NCBI RefSeq assembly: GCF_963853765.1
Contig: NC_088856.1
Location: forward strand, 32,488,001-32,552,000
Direction of reading: 5' to 3'
Length of the DNA: 64,000 nt
From: Magallana gigas
Lineage: Eukaryota
Position numbers and translations under genes: made by a program. The notes under the pieces were generated by a model. That model was not told the DNA's origin and ran no database searches. It worked only from the letters and a program-made list of their open reading frames with translations. Positions 1-16,820 of the stretch are shown here, one piece after another; positions within the stretch are counted from its first letter, which is position 1, and every line of letters begins with the position of its first letter.

Positions 1-1777
1 TCTAACTTAGAAAGCTGTGTGCCATATCTAAATAAAAAAAAATAAAGAAACTTAATATGATAAATCTCAACCATGGGAGAACCTGCTGTTAGTTAATATT
101 TTTTTGCTGATTTATATGTAGTTTTTAGGAAATTTTATCCATATGTATTTTGATAATATTTTACAAAGCTTTAAATGTGCACTTCTGTTAAGATCTGAGT
201 ATATCCTCAATCATTTTAAGCCAATGTAAACATCAGATTTGCCAATGTGGACTGTCTATGCAGCTCGTGCTGTTGCTTTTTGCTATTTTTAGATGTGTAT
301 ATTTGTGCCAAAGTACATATGAATGGTTGATCATTTCATCTCTCATCCGGCGTATAAAAGTGGTTCATATATTTTTTTCGTCATTTATATCAATGTGTGA
401 TACAATATTGCTCATGTTGTATATATAAAGAACAATGTTGTTTTTTCTTTTTTTTAAAAACCAAAATGCTCTCCACAGAAGGAAATATCCACTGTTGTAT
501 GGTTATAGTTTCAACAGATTTATATATAATGCTCAAAAAGACTTGAGAGTGTGGTTGTCACTGGTTACCTTATCACCGTGGGGTTGTGACAAGTTGTGAT
601 CACTCATTGTTAGAAGATGTCCCTTTTATCTAGTGTTACACTGTTCAAAGGTTTCCTGAACAGTCAGGCATTACTTGTTTATGATTATACATAGCTGGGG
701 TTTTTTTTTTTTACTTTTAAGTTATTGTGTTTCATTTACACAAAGAAGAAATCATTTCATTTCCACCACCTTAACTTCAAAATATATCTTCTTTCTTTTT
801 TTTTCTTCAAATATTGCATTTTCCTCCCACCTGATATGAATTTTCTGTATGGTTTTTGAAATCTTCGAGTTGAAGTACTACTTGTGTTTTAATTTTGTCT
901 TGAACTATGTCTGTTGCTGAAATGTCTAAATAATGTTCTTTTTATTCCAAGCTTTTTTTTTTTGTGTAAAGATTGTAGAAATGGCAGCTGGAGTCAATTT
1001 TCGATGCATTGCTGTTTTTTATATGATCAATCTATGTTCAAACATGCATTGTAGTCCTGATAATAGTCATTTTCATTGATTGTAGATATTATTTAATAGA
1101 TTCATTACTTTTTACCCCTATTGGACGAAAAATTATATATATATTATATATATTTAAAATTTTAAAGAATTTATGAAGTATTTAAGATGCGTACACATTA
1201 TTTTAAAAATGAGGTTTAAAATCATGAAGTGGGTGTGAAGAAGTTTCATCCATTATATAGACATATGTACATATATTTGAATGTGTGTTGATTGCGTCAT
1301 TTTTTAATTAACACTGTAGGCCTTAATTTGATTTTGATTTAACAAGAGTTTTAAACATGTGAATATTTCATGCATGCCTTGATTTTTCTTTTTTAAGGAA
1401 AAACAAAAAAAACATAAAGCTTACATTTGTCACAATATTGATGATCTAGTATTAAGTGGAGAGAGTCTTGAAGTGTGAGGAGATGAGAGAAGGGACCAGG
1501 GCTGTGTAGCTAACCCGCCCCCACCGTGTGGTCACTTCATTGTGAGTGTGTATTTGTGTGCGATAGGCTGACAGGCAGTGCAGTGTAGACGTAGAGAGAG
1601 GGAACGTTTGTTCATGGTGCTGAGCACTGTAGGTTGTTCTGTCCTAGATTTTTACCTTTTTACTAGTGCATGTAGTTCTACATAATATATATTAAACAAC
1701 ATTCTGGATATAAAAGCTGAACATGTGGACTGGTGTTGTGTTTGTTGATATTGATTTGGTTTATATCTGAGACGTTA

Positions 1778-2111
1778 CAGTAAAACTCAGTTACAGTTGA
1801 ACTTCGATATTTGAACACTGATATCTTGAATACAATGGATATGTAGACGTGATTTGTAAGTACCAACCACTTATTTTTAAGAATTTTACCCTCAATATCT
1901 CGGATACTCCGATATCTCGAATTTTTTCAGTAAAACTCGGTTACAGTTGAACTTCGATATGTGAACACTGATATTTTGAATACAATGGATATGTTGACGT
2001 GATTTGTAATTACCAACCACTTATTTTCAAGAATTTTACCGAATATCTCGAATACTCATAAATCTGGAAATTTTTAACAATCCTATAGTTCCAGATAACG
2101 GAGTTTGGCTG
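1778..2111. mobile_element. Non-autonomous TIR element (MITE, Tc1/mariner-like TA target) with a duplicated ~150-bp left arm
   Basis: Left end TA|CAGTAAAACTCAGTTA at 1776. Right end TAACGGAGTTTGGCTG|TA at 2096-2113, an imperfect inverted match. The left ~150 bp recurs from 1928. Confidence 0.7.
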
Positions 2112-2889
2112 TATAGTGAAGTCCTAGGTTTTACTTCCCTATATCCATAATTGCATCAAGATTTGTTATAATGAGTCATGTTAATTCACAGTATTCACAT
2201 TTACCTCCATATGACAATCATTTGTGCTTATTGAGGCATTAAATAAATTGAAGAATTTAGGTGGATATTAACTTTTTTAAACAGTAAATGGCAATTGATA
2301 TGATATTGCTCAAGCTATAAAACATTTCTTGGCAAAAGATGTAGATATTGTAATGATTCGACCATAGTGGACCCAAAATCAATTCGCTAAATCCGTAATA
2401 TCAGTTGATTATAAAAACAAATATTTATAAAAATACCATTGCTCAACCGGAGATTTCGCTGTAACTATGTTATACGAGTTTTGTGATATTAATTAGATCG
2501 GTTGAAACCTGTACTAAATAAACAGGTACATTTAATTAAGTACAATCATTTATTCAAACTTCCGTGATATCATATGATGCAGCACAGGTACATGGATTAT
2601 CGTGATTAGCATTGCCATTTCTTAAGTGGAACAACTGTTTTTGGTGTTTCTGATTCCATTTAGAAAAAACGGAACAATTTTAGATTTTTTATTCCCGTGC
2701 TTGCACGACCATGAAGATCAAACCAGTATTTTTGTGTCGGGGCAAACAATAATTCTATTTTTCTCCTTTTAAACGGATTTATTCACGTTTGAACATCTTG
2801 ATTTTCAAAAGTTCATATTTCCATTAAAGAAATATGTTGAAATCGTGTAAATATTCGATATTTGGCAAATTAGTGGTTTGTGCGTCACT

Positions 2890-3560
2890 GCAGTGTTTTT
2901 GCAAGCAATAAAATGCTTTCTATGGTGATTCATGCGGGATATGAAGGTAACGACATTGCAGAAAATACACATAACCCGCATTAGGGGGTTTTATTGTTCA
3001 TATTTACATCTTTCTTTTAAAAAAAAATAAAGAATTTATCCTAAAGAGTAAGAAAAAGTAACTTAGAACCATTTTAACAAGACCTTGGACTTTCAGTAGG
3101 TTGTAACGATCTATTTCTTGCGTCAAAACAAGTAAAAATGACGCCGGTGTCAAGCGAAATATACACCGATTGCGTAGACTTCGCTCAAAAGCCAGACAAA
3201 TCCTGTTGATTTCAAAGAGCCATGACTGAGTGGCCTACAATGAAATAGAGAGACCTACGTCACATTGCCGTTTGGCTCAACAGCCCAAAGTCCAAGCTCC
3301 TGTTAAAATGGTTCTAACTATTATAAATGTACATCACTAAGAGAAACGGCCAAGTCGTCTTGTATGGGAATTTGACTCTGGCATCATTATGGTTTTTCCG
3401 TGATTTGTCTTAAGTTGCTGAAGGTTAAAGAAAAGCTGGTTAGAACTGGATCGTGTAGATTTCAGTCCTTTTTGTTTCTGTAGTTTTGTGAATTTTAGTC
3501 ACTCTGCGGAAGAAATAGAGGGAATTATACCTAATGGATGTAAATACAATAACATATTGA
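2890..3560 (+). repeat. Dispersed repeat copy, same family as 43490-43960, interrupted by a MITE
   Basis: Blocks shared in the same order with 43490-43960: GGTGATTCATGCGG..GAAGGT..CGACATTGCAGAAAA..CATAA.CCGC, AAGAAAC.GCCAA.TCGTCT...TGGGAATTTGA and GTAGATTTCAG. Confidence 0.65.
3064..3316. mobile_element. MITE with ~29-bp TIRs nested in an older repeat
   Basis: TAGAACCATTTTAACAAGACCTTGGACTT at 3064 versus the reverse complement of AAGTCCAAGCTCCTGTTAAAATGGTTCTA ending at 3316 (27/29 match). ACT lies on both flanks and may be the TSD. Confidence 0.8.
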
Positions 3561-4258
3561 ACATTCAAAGCACAATCAAAAGATTTACGACAAAATCCTT
3601 AGTTTTCAATTTTTATATAGTATTGTGGTGTCTACACAGAAGAGTGAGCCTTTAGTGAGGGGTGTTTATTTTGTTTTAATGTATATCGTTCTGTATACAA
3701 CTGTAGATAAATCAACTCCATAAGTACTATCGGGACTTTGATGGGAGAGAGAGTGCTACTTGATTCGGTAAAAGCGGTCTCACCTTCTCAAGGAGGGGTG
3801 GGTATATAGGTCTAGGAGTTGTTTTCCGAGTTTTTTTTTTATCGATTTGTTTAATTAAAGTCTGTTTGTTTATAAAGTCTGGCTCCACCCCAGTACATGA
3901 GTCACCCAGGGGATTGTTTGTGTCAACTAAAGATCTACATCACATCCAGGGTTATTATCTATTAACGTTAACACGTAAATATACCTCTAATTGACTTCTA
4001 TACTCAATAAGAAAAACATACTGAATGTAAAATTAAAGCATAAACCTTTTTTTCTCCCATAACAATGTAATAAACTGAATTCCCGAGTTGAACTAACGGT
4101 TGATTCCCGTTTGGCCGGGGGACTTGAAGGCGGCTTGTTTACACATCGTCACCCTCAGACTGACCAGCGCGGTCCGATAGCATCTCCCTTCCAGCAAGTT
4201 CTCCATACACCCTATAATAAAGCTCGTCTTGTTGATCAAATTGAACAAAAAGTTTAAC

Positions 4259-7544
<3,286 letters not shown>

Positions 7545-8398
7545 GGAACGGATCAAAGTTCTTGGTCTGGATTTCGTGGTTATAGTCGGAAATCCACGAG
7601 CAACCTTGCATACGCTTACATTGGCCAATCACTGAACTTGTCTAGTTATTATTCTCAATCAACCAATGAAAAAGTAAAACTTGGGGGTTTTGGCGGGTTT
7701 TTTTTGGGGGGGGGGGGCTGGGTGTGAAAAAAAAGCATGTCAGCATTCAGGGACAAATATAGATGATCGCGATTGTTCATTCCTTAAACGAAAGTGTGAA
7801 GGGGCCATTTTTTCTCGGAATTGCGTATTCATGAGTTATTCGTAGGAACAAGAAAATTAGAGCAGGCTGGCCCACCGTCAGAGAGCGTACGTAAGATGTT
7901 CTTAGGGTTTCCGACTACTGTGTATATGATTTCATGTCGACTCTTTCAAAATTCAAGCTTAGAGTTATACAACTTACCCGCATAATATAGTTCTTTAAGA
8001 ACGGATGAAGAAGATGAGGAGAAAGATATCTATCTCAAACTTTTTTTTGCCAGTAAACTAGATTTCCCGACTTCAGCACTAGATACAAATCATGGTTATT
8101 CGCGCACCTGTTAGCTGACATCTTTATTGTTAGACGTTATTGTCTACATGCTGTACGCAAGATACACTGTGTGTAGTTAAAATAGTAAAAAAAAAAACGG
8201 ATGTTTTATCATTTGCAACCGTAATCTACAAGGTCATGGGCATTCCTTTCCATAAACTGGCGCGCAGTTTCTATGTGCGAAATTGTGATATCATATAATG
8301 ATGATAATAAAATTAGTATGACTACTGCGGGAACAGACGAAAATACTGACGACGGACAAGACTATTTGATAAAAATTATTTCAAGCGGGGAGCTGTAA

Positions 8399-8734
8399 TA
8401 AGGTGGTATGGTACATATGTGGAAATGTGAATTTAAGTACATTATAATATAACTAAAATACTTTTATCGGTTTATAATTTTCAAATTTTACAATATTTAA
8501 CGCAAAAATACGTTTAAAATTGAAGGACTGTATTTTTGGAAAGGTAAAAATGTTATAGTCCCCAGCGGGATTCAAACTCATGACGTACAGGTTCGTATTG
8601 AACCCTCTAACCCACTGTGCTACACTGTTAGGTGACAACATAGTGAAAGAAACTATTAATAAAATCACACTTGATTTTATTGTTTATTTCGATAAATAGG
8701 TCGTCACAACATGGAATTGTCCTATACCACCTTA
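8399..8734. mobile_element. TIR element carrying an internal tRNA-like (Pol III A/B box) segment
   Basis: TAAGGTGGTATG at 8399 and TATACCACCTTA ending at 8734 are inverted. The minus strand of 8557-8629 has TAGCACAGTGG (A box) and GAGTTTGAATCCC (B-box-like). Confidence 0.65.
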
Positions 8735-9521
8735 TATGGCTTTTTCGAGAATGTATATGAAAGTCTTCTTTTCGGTTCAGAAATAAAATTGTTTTTATTT
8801 CATGTAATTAAGCTAGTTGATTGTTGATATTCTGATTTCAGTAACACAACCAACCAACCAGAAGTGATTGTCCCGCGGATAGATTAAGGAAGCATATGGG
8901 CAAAATACTTTACTAGAGTTCTTAGATTACTTTAAATTTTGAATCTGTTTACAATGTCATGATCGGATCATGACATTCAACATTCAGTCATGATGTATTA
9001 ATGTGTAAATCAAGGTATATATACAATCTAATTTGTTGGAAAAATTTTCTCAAATATTTTGTATTTGTTTTTCAAAGCAGTCTACGTTTCATTATTTAGA
9101 TATTTGAATAGGAAGATCTGTGATTTCACGGAATTACATGTAACTCAGATTCCATATGCTTCCTGAACACACCCGCGCCCTCTCTCGTAGGAAAAAGAAG
9201 TGCTGGTCGATTTATTTAAAGAAGAAAGAGAAATTCATCCAACCTGTTCAATACTTGTACACTGTAAATGAAATCCGACATTAACACAATAAAAATAAAA
9301 ACTTGCTTACAGATGTGTGTCATATTATTATATATATTGACTCTACGAATAAAGAGGCGAGGTTTAAATTACGCCATCTTGCACAAGTCTGGCTTATTGT
9401 CCGGATCGCGACCTCCTTTTGTTATACGGGTCCTGGGCTTTAAGCATGAATCCAAACACAATCGCTCCACGGTATATTTGGGCGTTTTGGACAAATTAAT
9501 GGAAGGATCGAGGTCAGTGAT

Positions 9522-10527
9522 ATGCCCGTGTCGCTGGACGATTTCTCGGAGCGCGTCATCACCCCCGCCATGCCCCCGCGGCTGGCCAGCGCCTGCTGCA
9601 TCAGCAACTTCATCATCCCGGGCTCCGGTATGTGTCTTTCTTATGTCATGTGATCCACGATGCGATGTAGATATCATATCGAGTTGTATAAACTTAAATG
9701 TGTGAAGTAACAGAAAGTGAGATGTATGACGAGGTATACTTGTTTATTTTACAGAGAGGATGAAGAGAGAGAGAGAGAGACAGAGAGAGAGAGGAAGGAA
9801 GGAAGGAGGCATTTTATCTGGTTTTGCGCAATTTTGCTAACCAGGGGTTTCGATCAACTACTCCCAATAAGCGGAGTGGTGGTGGTCACCGTGTTTTACA
9901 GTGAAAGAGGGCGGGGGGGGGGGTGAAGTTAGGATCTGCTAGGCTTTCTTCCTTTGATTTACATGTACATGTTCTAAGGTAAATTGCCATTCCTGGTTGT
10001 TTCAGGGACCTTGGTGTCTGGTTTCGCGGTGTTCTGCTGTTCTAAGAACTCTGACATGGACACTGGCGACAAAGTGACCACGTGTGCGTGCAGCCTGGCG
10101 ATCGGGCTCCTACAGCTGGCGCTGAGCGCCTTTATTCTGGTGGGGTGGTGCTGGAGCTGTGTGTGGGGCCTCCACTACGTGCAGATGTCCAGTATGTAGA
10201 CTCTAGCTACGTATCTTGTCATGTTAACGTCATCCATCAAAACTTAGTGCATGTATGTTTACCGCCCGAGGATATGTATATACGTGTATATTTGGCTTAA
10301 TTTTGACAGAGAAACACTATCCTGAGGGTTGGGGACTCGACCAGCCGACTAATATCAGGACGTCCCAGCCAACACGGGCCGATGTGACGTCATTTCTGTC
10401 CGCCGTCCACCGACAGGGTCACCCCCAGCCAGTGCTTCCACCACCGTACTCCCACTGTGTAGATCCGCCCCCGCCCTACGAGTCCATTTATCACCAGTCC
10501 AGGGCCGACTCATATCCTGGGTCCTGA
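9522..10527 (+). CDS. Stum/Spec3-family small multi-pass membrane protein (3 exons)
   Basis: Exons 9522-9627, 10006-10191 and 10310-10527 give PAMPPRLASACCISNFIIPGSGTLVSGFAVFCC...IGLLQLALSAFILVGWCWSCVWG, the characteristic Stum/Spec3 motif. Confidence 0.8.
9764..9808. repeat. (GA)n/(GGAA)n microsatellite in intron
   Basis: Direct reading: GAGAGAGAGAGAGAGACAGAGAGAGAGAGGAAGGAAGGAAGG. Confidence 0.9.
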
Positions 10528-11392
10528 CCAGTAAAGTTTCATCGTTTGATGACATTGTGTATAACCTCGCATGACAGTGGCTCTTTTAGTCTCGCCACTC
10601 GTCAGAATAAAGGGGGCGACAACTCCTCCTAGTTCTGATACAAAAAAGATTCAGAGATCGAAATGAAATATTTTAAGTTGCTTAGTGTTGTTTAGGAATC
10701 AGGACTGTTCAGTAGAGTCTAACTAACCCTCATAAGTTATGAAGTATGAAGATAATTGGTTAAAACGACAGATACGGTTGTTGAGAAATTAAAAACTGAA
10801 CTGTCGGTCGTTGTATATAGTATGTACTGGACAATGCAGATTTATTGTTCCACAGCTGGACATATTTGTCAGGAAAATGAAATTTGTGATGAATTCCTTT
10901 ATGATTTCTTCACCTGTAAAATGACTGACAGATCATGTAGCTGTATTTACCGTATACTGTGTGTAATCAAACTTGATCTGTATTGTTCCGCCGGAATATT
11001 CTCAGGTATAACTATGTATCACCTTTATAATTTTACATTTATAATTCAACAATATACGTGTATCATTACATATATCGTTACAAGATATTAAACTTTGTAT
11101 TTATTGGAACAATTCTTGAGAGAGTTGAATTTTTCTGGTTATTTGCTATAAATACGGTAACATGACCCCCCCCCCCATTAATTTGCATACATTTAACAGT
11201 TATAAAATTACTGACTATCCATAGGTTTTATACAGAGAATTATTAAAAAAATTATTATTCTTATATAAACTTTTGTTATTTTTTTTCTACATGAACACTG
11301 TAGATTTAACCATTGCAATGTTGTAAAAACCGTATCTGATACATCAAACCGCCGTAACAATCACAACTTTACGGAAGCTGGGGTATCACGGA

Positions 11393-11518
11393 ATTGGAGA
11401 TACTGAGACTTTGAGATATTCAGGTCGAGATAAACATATTGGGGATACTGATACTTTGAGATATTCAGGTCGAGATATTGGAGATACTAAGACTCTGAGA
11501 TATTCAGGCTGAGATACA
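11393..11518. repeat. Three tandem copies of a ~40-bp unit
   Basis: ATTGGAGATACTGAGACTTTGAGATATTCAGGTCGAGATA occurs three times with few substitutions. Probably a MITE remnant. Confidence 0.8.
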
Positions 11519-12576
11519 TATCAAAGAAACACTACTTGAGACTTGAAATTAACAACTGAAGTCCAAGCGTCCACTGTAGTCAAGACGAAGTCGTAAATCT
11601 ATTAAGTCTCATGGAAAGATCTATGATGAAGAAAATTTATATAAAACCATTAATTAAGAACTATTTCAATTTACTTTAATATATTTTACGGCCATTAAAT
11701 TCAAATATTGATTAGTTTGAGATTAATAAGCATGCATTAATTTTGTCGTAAGGTCTTTTGTGAAACGCAACCCTGGAATGGCCTTTACTTACATAAAGAT
11801 TGTACCATCACAGTATAACATATACTGCGTCACTAAAATGTAAATGAACAATTCTAATAGCACATGTCTTTATTGAAAACTACCTCTAAAATGGCTTCAT
11901 AACAAACGGAAAAATATTCTATATATATATAATCAAAATATGATATGTCTTAAAATGTGAGGCAATGATTTAAATAACAACATGGTGATATGACACTTAA
12001 ATATCAAATAGCACATTCTACATTAATTTTACAAAGCAGAATTTTACATAAATAGCTAGTCCCTACAAAACCTACAAGATATTTCATTGCTGCATTCCCT
12101 GCAGATATAAAAACACAAAACAAAACTGGATGATTGGAAGAAATTATTTAGTCAGAACATATCTATAGTTAATTTTCAGTCCATGGCTGTTGATGAAACT
12201 TTTTTCACAGATTACAAATTTCAATAAGGTTAAAAGTCATCATGAATTTAATTTAAGGTTTGAAAAATTCAATAACTTTTTATTAGAGATAAAGTTACTT
12301 AAATAAAATTCATTTTGACATTTGTAGGTATTGTACCAATAAGTAGACACACAATAACAAAATGTATTTGTGATGAATATGCTTTATGCAAATAGACATG
12401 CAGTCCATTCTCTAAAGAAATCAATAACATATATAATTGTAGAATACAAAAAAAAATGACTGTAAACTTGAAATGTAAAATTGAATAAAAATTTGTATTG
12501 TACAAAATATTGCTAAAAATGAAACCACAAAGTGTCTCTTTCACTTGTTTTCTGTCAGGTTTGATTTATAATGGCT

Positions 12577-15500
12577 CTATATTTCTGATGACTCCCTGTT
12601 TACTGTAATTTTGTCTCGTATTGCATGGTTTTTAACAGGAGCGTCACGCATCACCGAAGTCTTTGGTGTTTCCATCACAGCTGGCGGTTGAATGTTGGAA
12701 TAAAATGCGGCGTTTGCTCTCTCTGGTGTTTCGGAGGAGTACATGGTGCGTTGTCCCCCAGACATCAGCGGTCGGACTGGTTTGGATGGGGACAAGAAAG
12801 GAGGGTCATCATTAGGATGTCGCCGTAACTGTTGAGCTGCATTAAAGGAAATCTCCTGAAGAGCTGGAAAGTTAAAAACATTATTCATTAAACTTTTTTC
12901 TTTTAGTCTGTAAAAATGCGTTTGGTAATAGTGAACATTGACAAATTGTTTTTTAATTCATATGAGTTTCTATAGAGAACAGTTTCTTCATTGTCTGGCC
13001 TACCTGGATCAGGTGCAGATGGAAGCTGGCCATCTTTGGAGTCCTTGGTGGTCACCCTGACTATGGTTTTACGGGTGATCTGTGGGTTCTGCTCTCCGGG
13101 CGGGGGGTCGGTAGGGTCTCTCTTGCTGTCCGTCCAAATAGTCTGGTTGACCTGTGCCCCCGTTTTTTTATCCACTGCAGACCGAACTATGGTGCCCCCT
13201 GGTGGTGGCACTTGTGGATCGTCTAGCACTGTCCCTACCGGCACTATGGAGCTGTTGTTGATGTTTGCTCTCCCTAACTGATTTGATGGCATTTGATGAT
13301 AATTATGCTGAGGGGTGTGGTAAGAATCTTGCCCTGGGGTGGAGGTATAGCCGGGCAGCCCAGGGTAGGACATGTCTGCCACTGGAATGTAGTTACCATG
13401 AGGGTCGATTATGTACGTCTGTCCGTTAGTCTGATACTGATGGGGGTTACAGAATATTGCATTACCATATGCATCATAACCCAGTAAAACCATTTCATTT
13501 ATTTGATTCTGATAGTCCTGTTGAGGGGGGTAGAAATGTTGCATCACTGATTCATCTGTGGCAAACACAGGGGCCAGCGCCTCTGGAGGCAGGGGACCAT
13601 TCTCTTGCTTAGAGTGACCATGTGGCATAGAATCAAATGAGGTGTTTGGCATGGAGTCGTCTGTTGTGTGTTCCTGGTTGTCCCCCTTGCCTCTACTGGA
13701 ATCTCTGTGAACTCCAACATATTTCTTCTTTCGCTTCTTCCTTTTGGATCCTGGTGATTCATCGGTTCTGGATCTCAGGGAACTGACCGATGCTCGGATG
13801 GCTGGATTGGTCCTGAGCAGTGGATTGGTGATTTTATCTGGCTCTCCCACCTCACTCTGCTGGTCGATACCTGTGTATTTGGCCCTATCTATTGTCCCCG
13901 TTTCCTCAGGCATGCCATTTGCTCTCCGTGATGTTCTAGGTGTACTCTCAGAAGCGGGGCCTTCCCCAGGACCCAGAGGTTTTTTGGTGCTCGTTTCTGA
14001 CTCGGAACTCTTGAGTTCTTTCATACTCTGTCTTCGAGACAGCTCTCGTCTGAGTTCATGCAAGATTCCTCCCCCTGCTGGTTTATCATCCTCAAACACA
14101 TCATCCACATTTGTCTCTTTTTTGGCATTTGCTCTATTTTCATGCTCCTCTTGGTTGGCATAGCCATTATTGTAATTACCTTTTCCGGAGCCACTAGATG
14201 CTAAAGGACGGCGGCCCCTGGGTGGTTCCTCTGTATTTCTGGTCCGTCTTCTGCCACGTTGTGGTGAAGATGACAAGACCTGCACACCTGGCTCCTGTTT
14301 GAGTGATGCCTGACTGTCACTCTCCCAGGTCTTTGGGACAGAGGGCAGTGGGGGAGCTACAGGAGGGGTAACAGGTTTGACTTTACGACCCATGGTTGGA
14401 GTGTTTGTCAAACTCGCCCACATGTTCTGATTGTCCCAGTTTTTGGACGCAAAGGACTGCTCTGATTCGCCCACAGAATCCACATATCCTGTGGAGCCTC
14501 CATTCATACTGTGGAAGATATTTTCTGATTTACCAGACACACTAAATCCGCCTCCTCCTCTGTAGCTTTGCATGGACTTCTTCTCCAGGAACTTCAACTT
14601 TCCTTGTTTGTAGAACCAGCACATTATGATGCAGAACACAATCAGTGCAAACAAACCTATCACAATCCCTATGATGGCCCCTGTGGGCAGTTTGGAGGTC
14701 CCCTCCGATACCTCTGGAGCAGATGGATCCCCTGTCAATCAAAACATAGTATGTCAATCAACTTGGACAGATTCTGATTTTTTCCATGGTAAATTTTCTT
14801 TTGGTTTAGAGAATTAGACACTGGTGAGAATGAATCTTTTGCAGATACATTTACCATAATATAAAATGTTTAATTCTCATTCAACGTTAATGGTTACTGG
14901 GTATTCATTCTGTGGTGTACCTCTTTTGTAAAAGTTTTGTCTAGTTTTAGTTTAGTGCTTGTACAACATTATCAAATCACTACAAAAACTTACGGAATGT
15001 AGAAATTCTTAGGTTAAACGTGTTGTGGGGCTGGAAAAGATCAGAAGCCTGGGTCAGCTGTACTGTGATATCCGAGTTCCTGACCTCAATAATCCCTGTG
15101 TTTTCCTGGTCTCCTAGGCAACGGAAACTTTTCTGCATAATTAGAAATTGCAATCAGTTAAAGCAAAATAATTCAATTAATTGGATGAAAGTAAATACAT
15201 GTGTCTAATTCACTACATGTTGATGCGCCATGTAGTTAAATACTTTTTTTAATCTTTTAAATGCTTTCATCTTCCTATTCAAATGCCTGCTAAGTTCAAC
15301 AAAATAAACAAGGACATACAATGGGGGCTCCAGATGGTGTCGATCCCTCATAGATGGTCAAGGAGAAGGCACAGTCCTTGATGGTGGCCGTCCACTCCAC
15401 TTTGATGTAATAGTAGGAGTCTGTGTATCCAGAGCGTAGGTACGTGGTACAGACCCGGGGAGGATTAGGGGTGGAGATTGGGGAACGGGCGGCCAGGTTT

Positions 15501-15998
15501 ATTATATTGTCATAAATAATGATGGTCTGCCCGCATGTACTAGGACCATCCATGTAGTCTGAAATGAAATGTGACGGTTTTATTGTTAAAGAGCAGACAG
15601 AAATCCTACGAGTCTGCATCTAGGATGTTGTGAGCTTCAGGCAGTTTGAATATGGTGAACATCAGCACTAATTTGGTCACAGTTCATGCTATCTTTATGT
15701 AAACATATACATGCATTTGGAAAAATATATTGACAGTACTTGAATGCTTTTAGTCTATCAGATATTGTTACATGTCACCATACAAAAGTTATAAAGATTA
15801 CAAATCTACTGGTAATATAATCAATTTGTTATCAATGATCATGGTAAATTCATATTTCAAATAAGGATAAAATATATAGACAATTTAGTGTATAGTTTTG
15901 GTATAATTTGAAAATAAGATATACATACATTCTCTGACAATTCCATCTGCCAAATTCAGGCAGAGTGTCAGGATGATCAGGCAGTATAGCTTCATCAT
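12577..15998 (-). CDS. Type I membrane protein with CUB-like ectodomain and long disordered cytoplasmic tail (paralogue A)
   Basis: Exons 15998-15929 (signal peptide MMKLYCLIILTLCLNLADG), 15558-15320, 15132-14994, 14731-13004 (TM segment AIIGIVIGLFALIVFCIIMCWFY) and 12863-12577 join in frame. The CUB-like call comes from pattern only. Confidence 0.8.
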
Positions 15999-16820
15999 CA
16001 GCTCAGTAACCTGAATACAAAGGAAGGCACTTTTATGAAGTTATTGTTAATATAAAAAAAAACACAAAAATTTCATTAATATTTAGTTTGCGTTAATTTC
16101 AAAAAGCCGTTTTTAAAGCAGTTTAGGTAGCCATATTTCCGATAACAAAAATATGCGTTTGAGTAGCAATAAACTGATAAACACTAAAACAGTGATAGGT
16201 ATATATAGACAATCTGGTAACAAGGAGTAATTAGTCAACTTATGTACATCTAAAATTACCTTTACTAATTAAGGATCCTTCATATTCAAAACAATATCTA
16301 AGATCTCGCATAAAACGGTAGAACTGTATATAATTACATTCAAACGTTTTGTTTGGACGCCATGTTCTTTGAATGTGTCAACAACGGGTTTTACCTGAGT
16401 TGACCTACTTTACGTGAGTAGAGTAAGGTAGATATAGGCGATATATTTTCTGTCACGATATCCTTTCGGCATAATACTTTACATGAAACGACGACGTATC
16501 AGTCCTGTGTGAAATAAATCTTATCGACTATTTATATTTCTCACAGGTAAAAATTGTTAAAATGGCGTCCAGGTATACACAGGAAATAAGGTAGTAATAT
16601 TTTTTCGAACAATATAATATCTATAGTAGTGTTTCATTGTTATCATCAAGTTAACCTTGTATAACTTTCAATTCGTAGTAACAATTTTAAAGTTACAGCT
16701 GATCAATTAGCTTTGAAATTGTTCTTGAACTATAAATTACTCTGATTCATAAAAATACCGTGATTTTTTGTATTTCTGTATGGTTTTTTTTTTTGTAGGA
16801 ACCAAAAGTAAGATTTCAAA

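Noticed and set aside
1-1680. Possible 3' UTR or ncRNA of an upstream gene
   Set aside because: AT-rich, with no ORF, snoRNA box pair or stable structure that I can substantiate.
9369-9677. 102-aa minus-strand ORF
   Set aside because: It overlaps Stum-like exon 1, which has a clear family motif on the plus strand.
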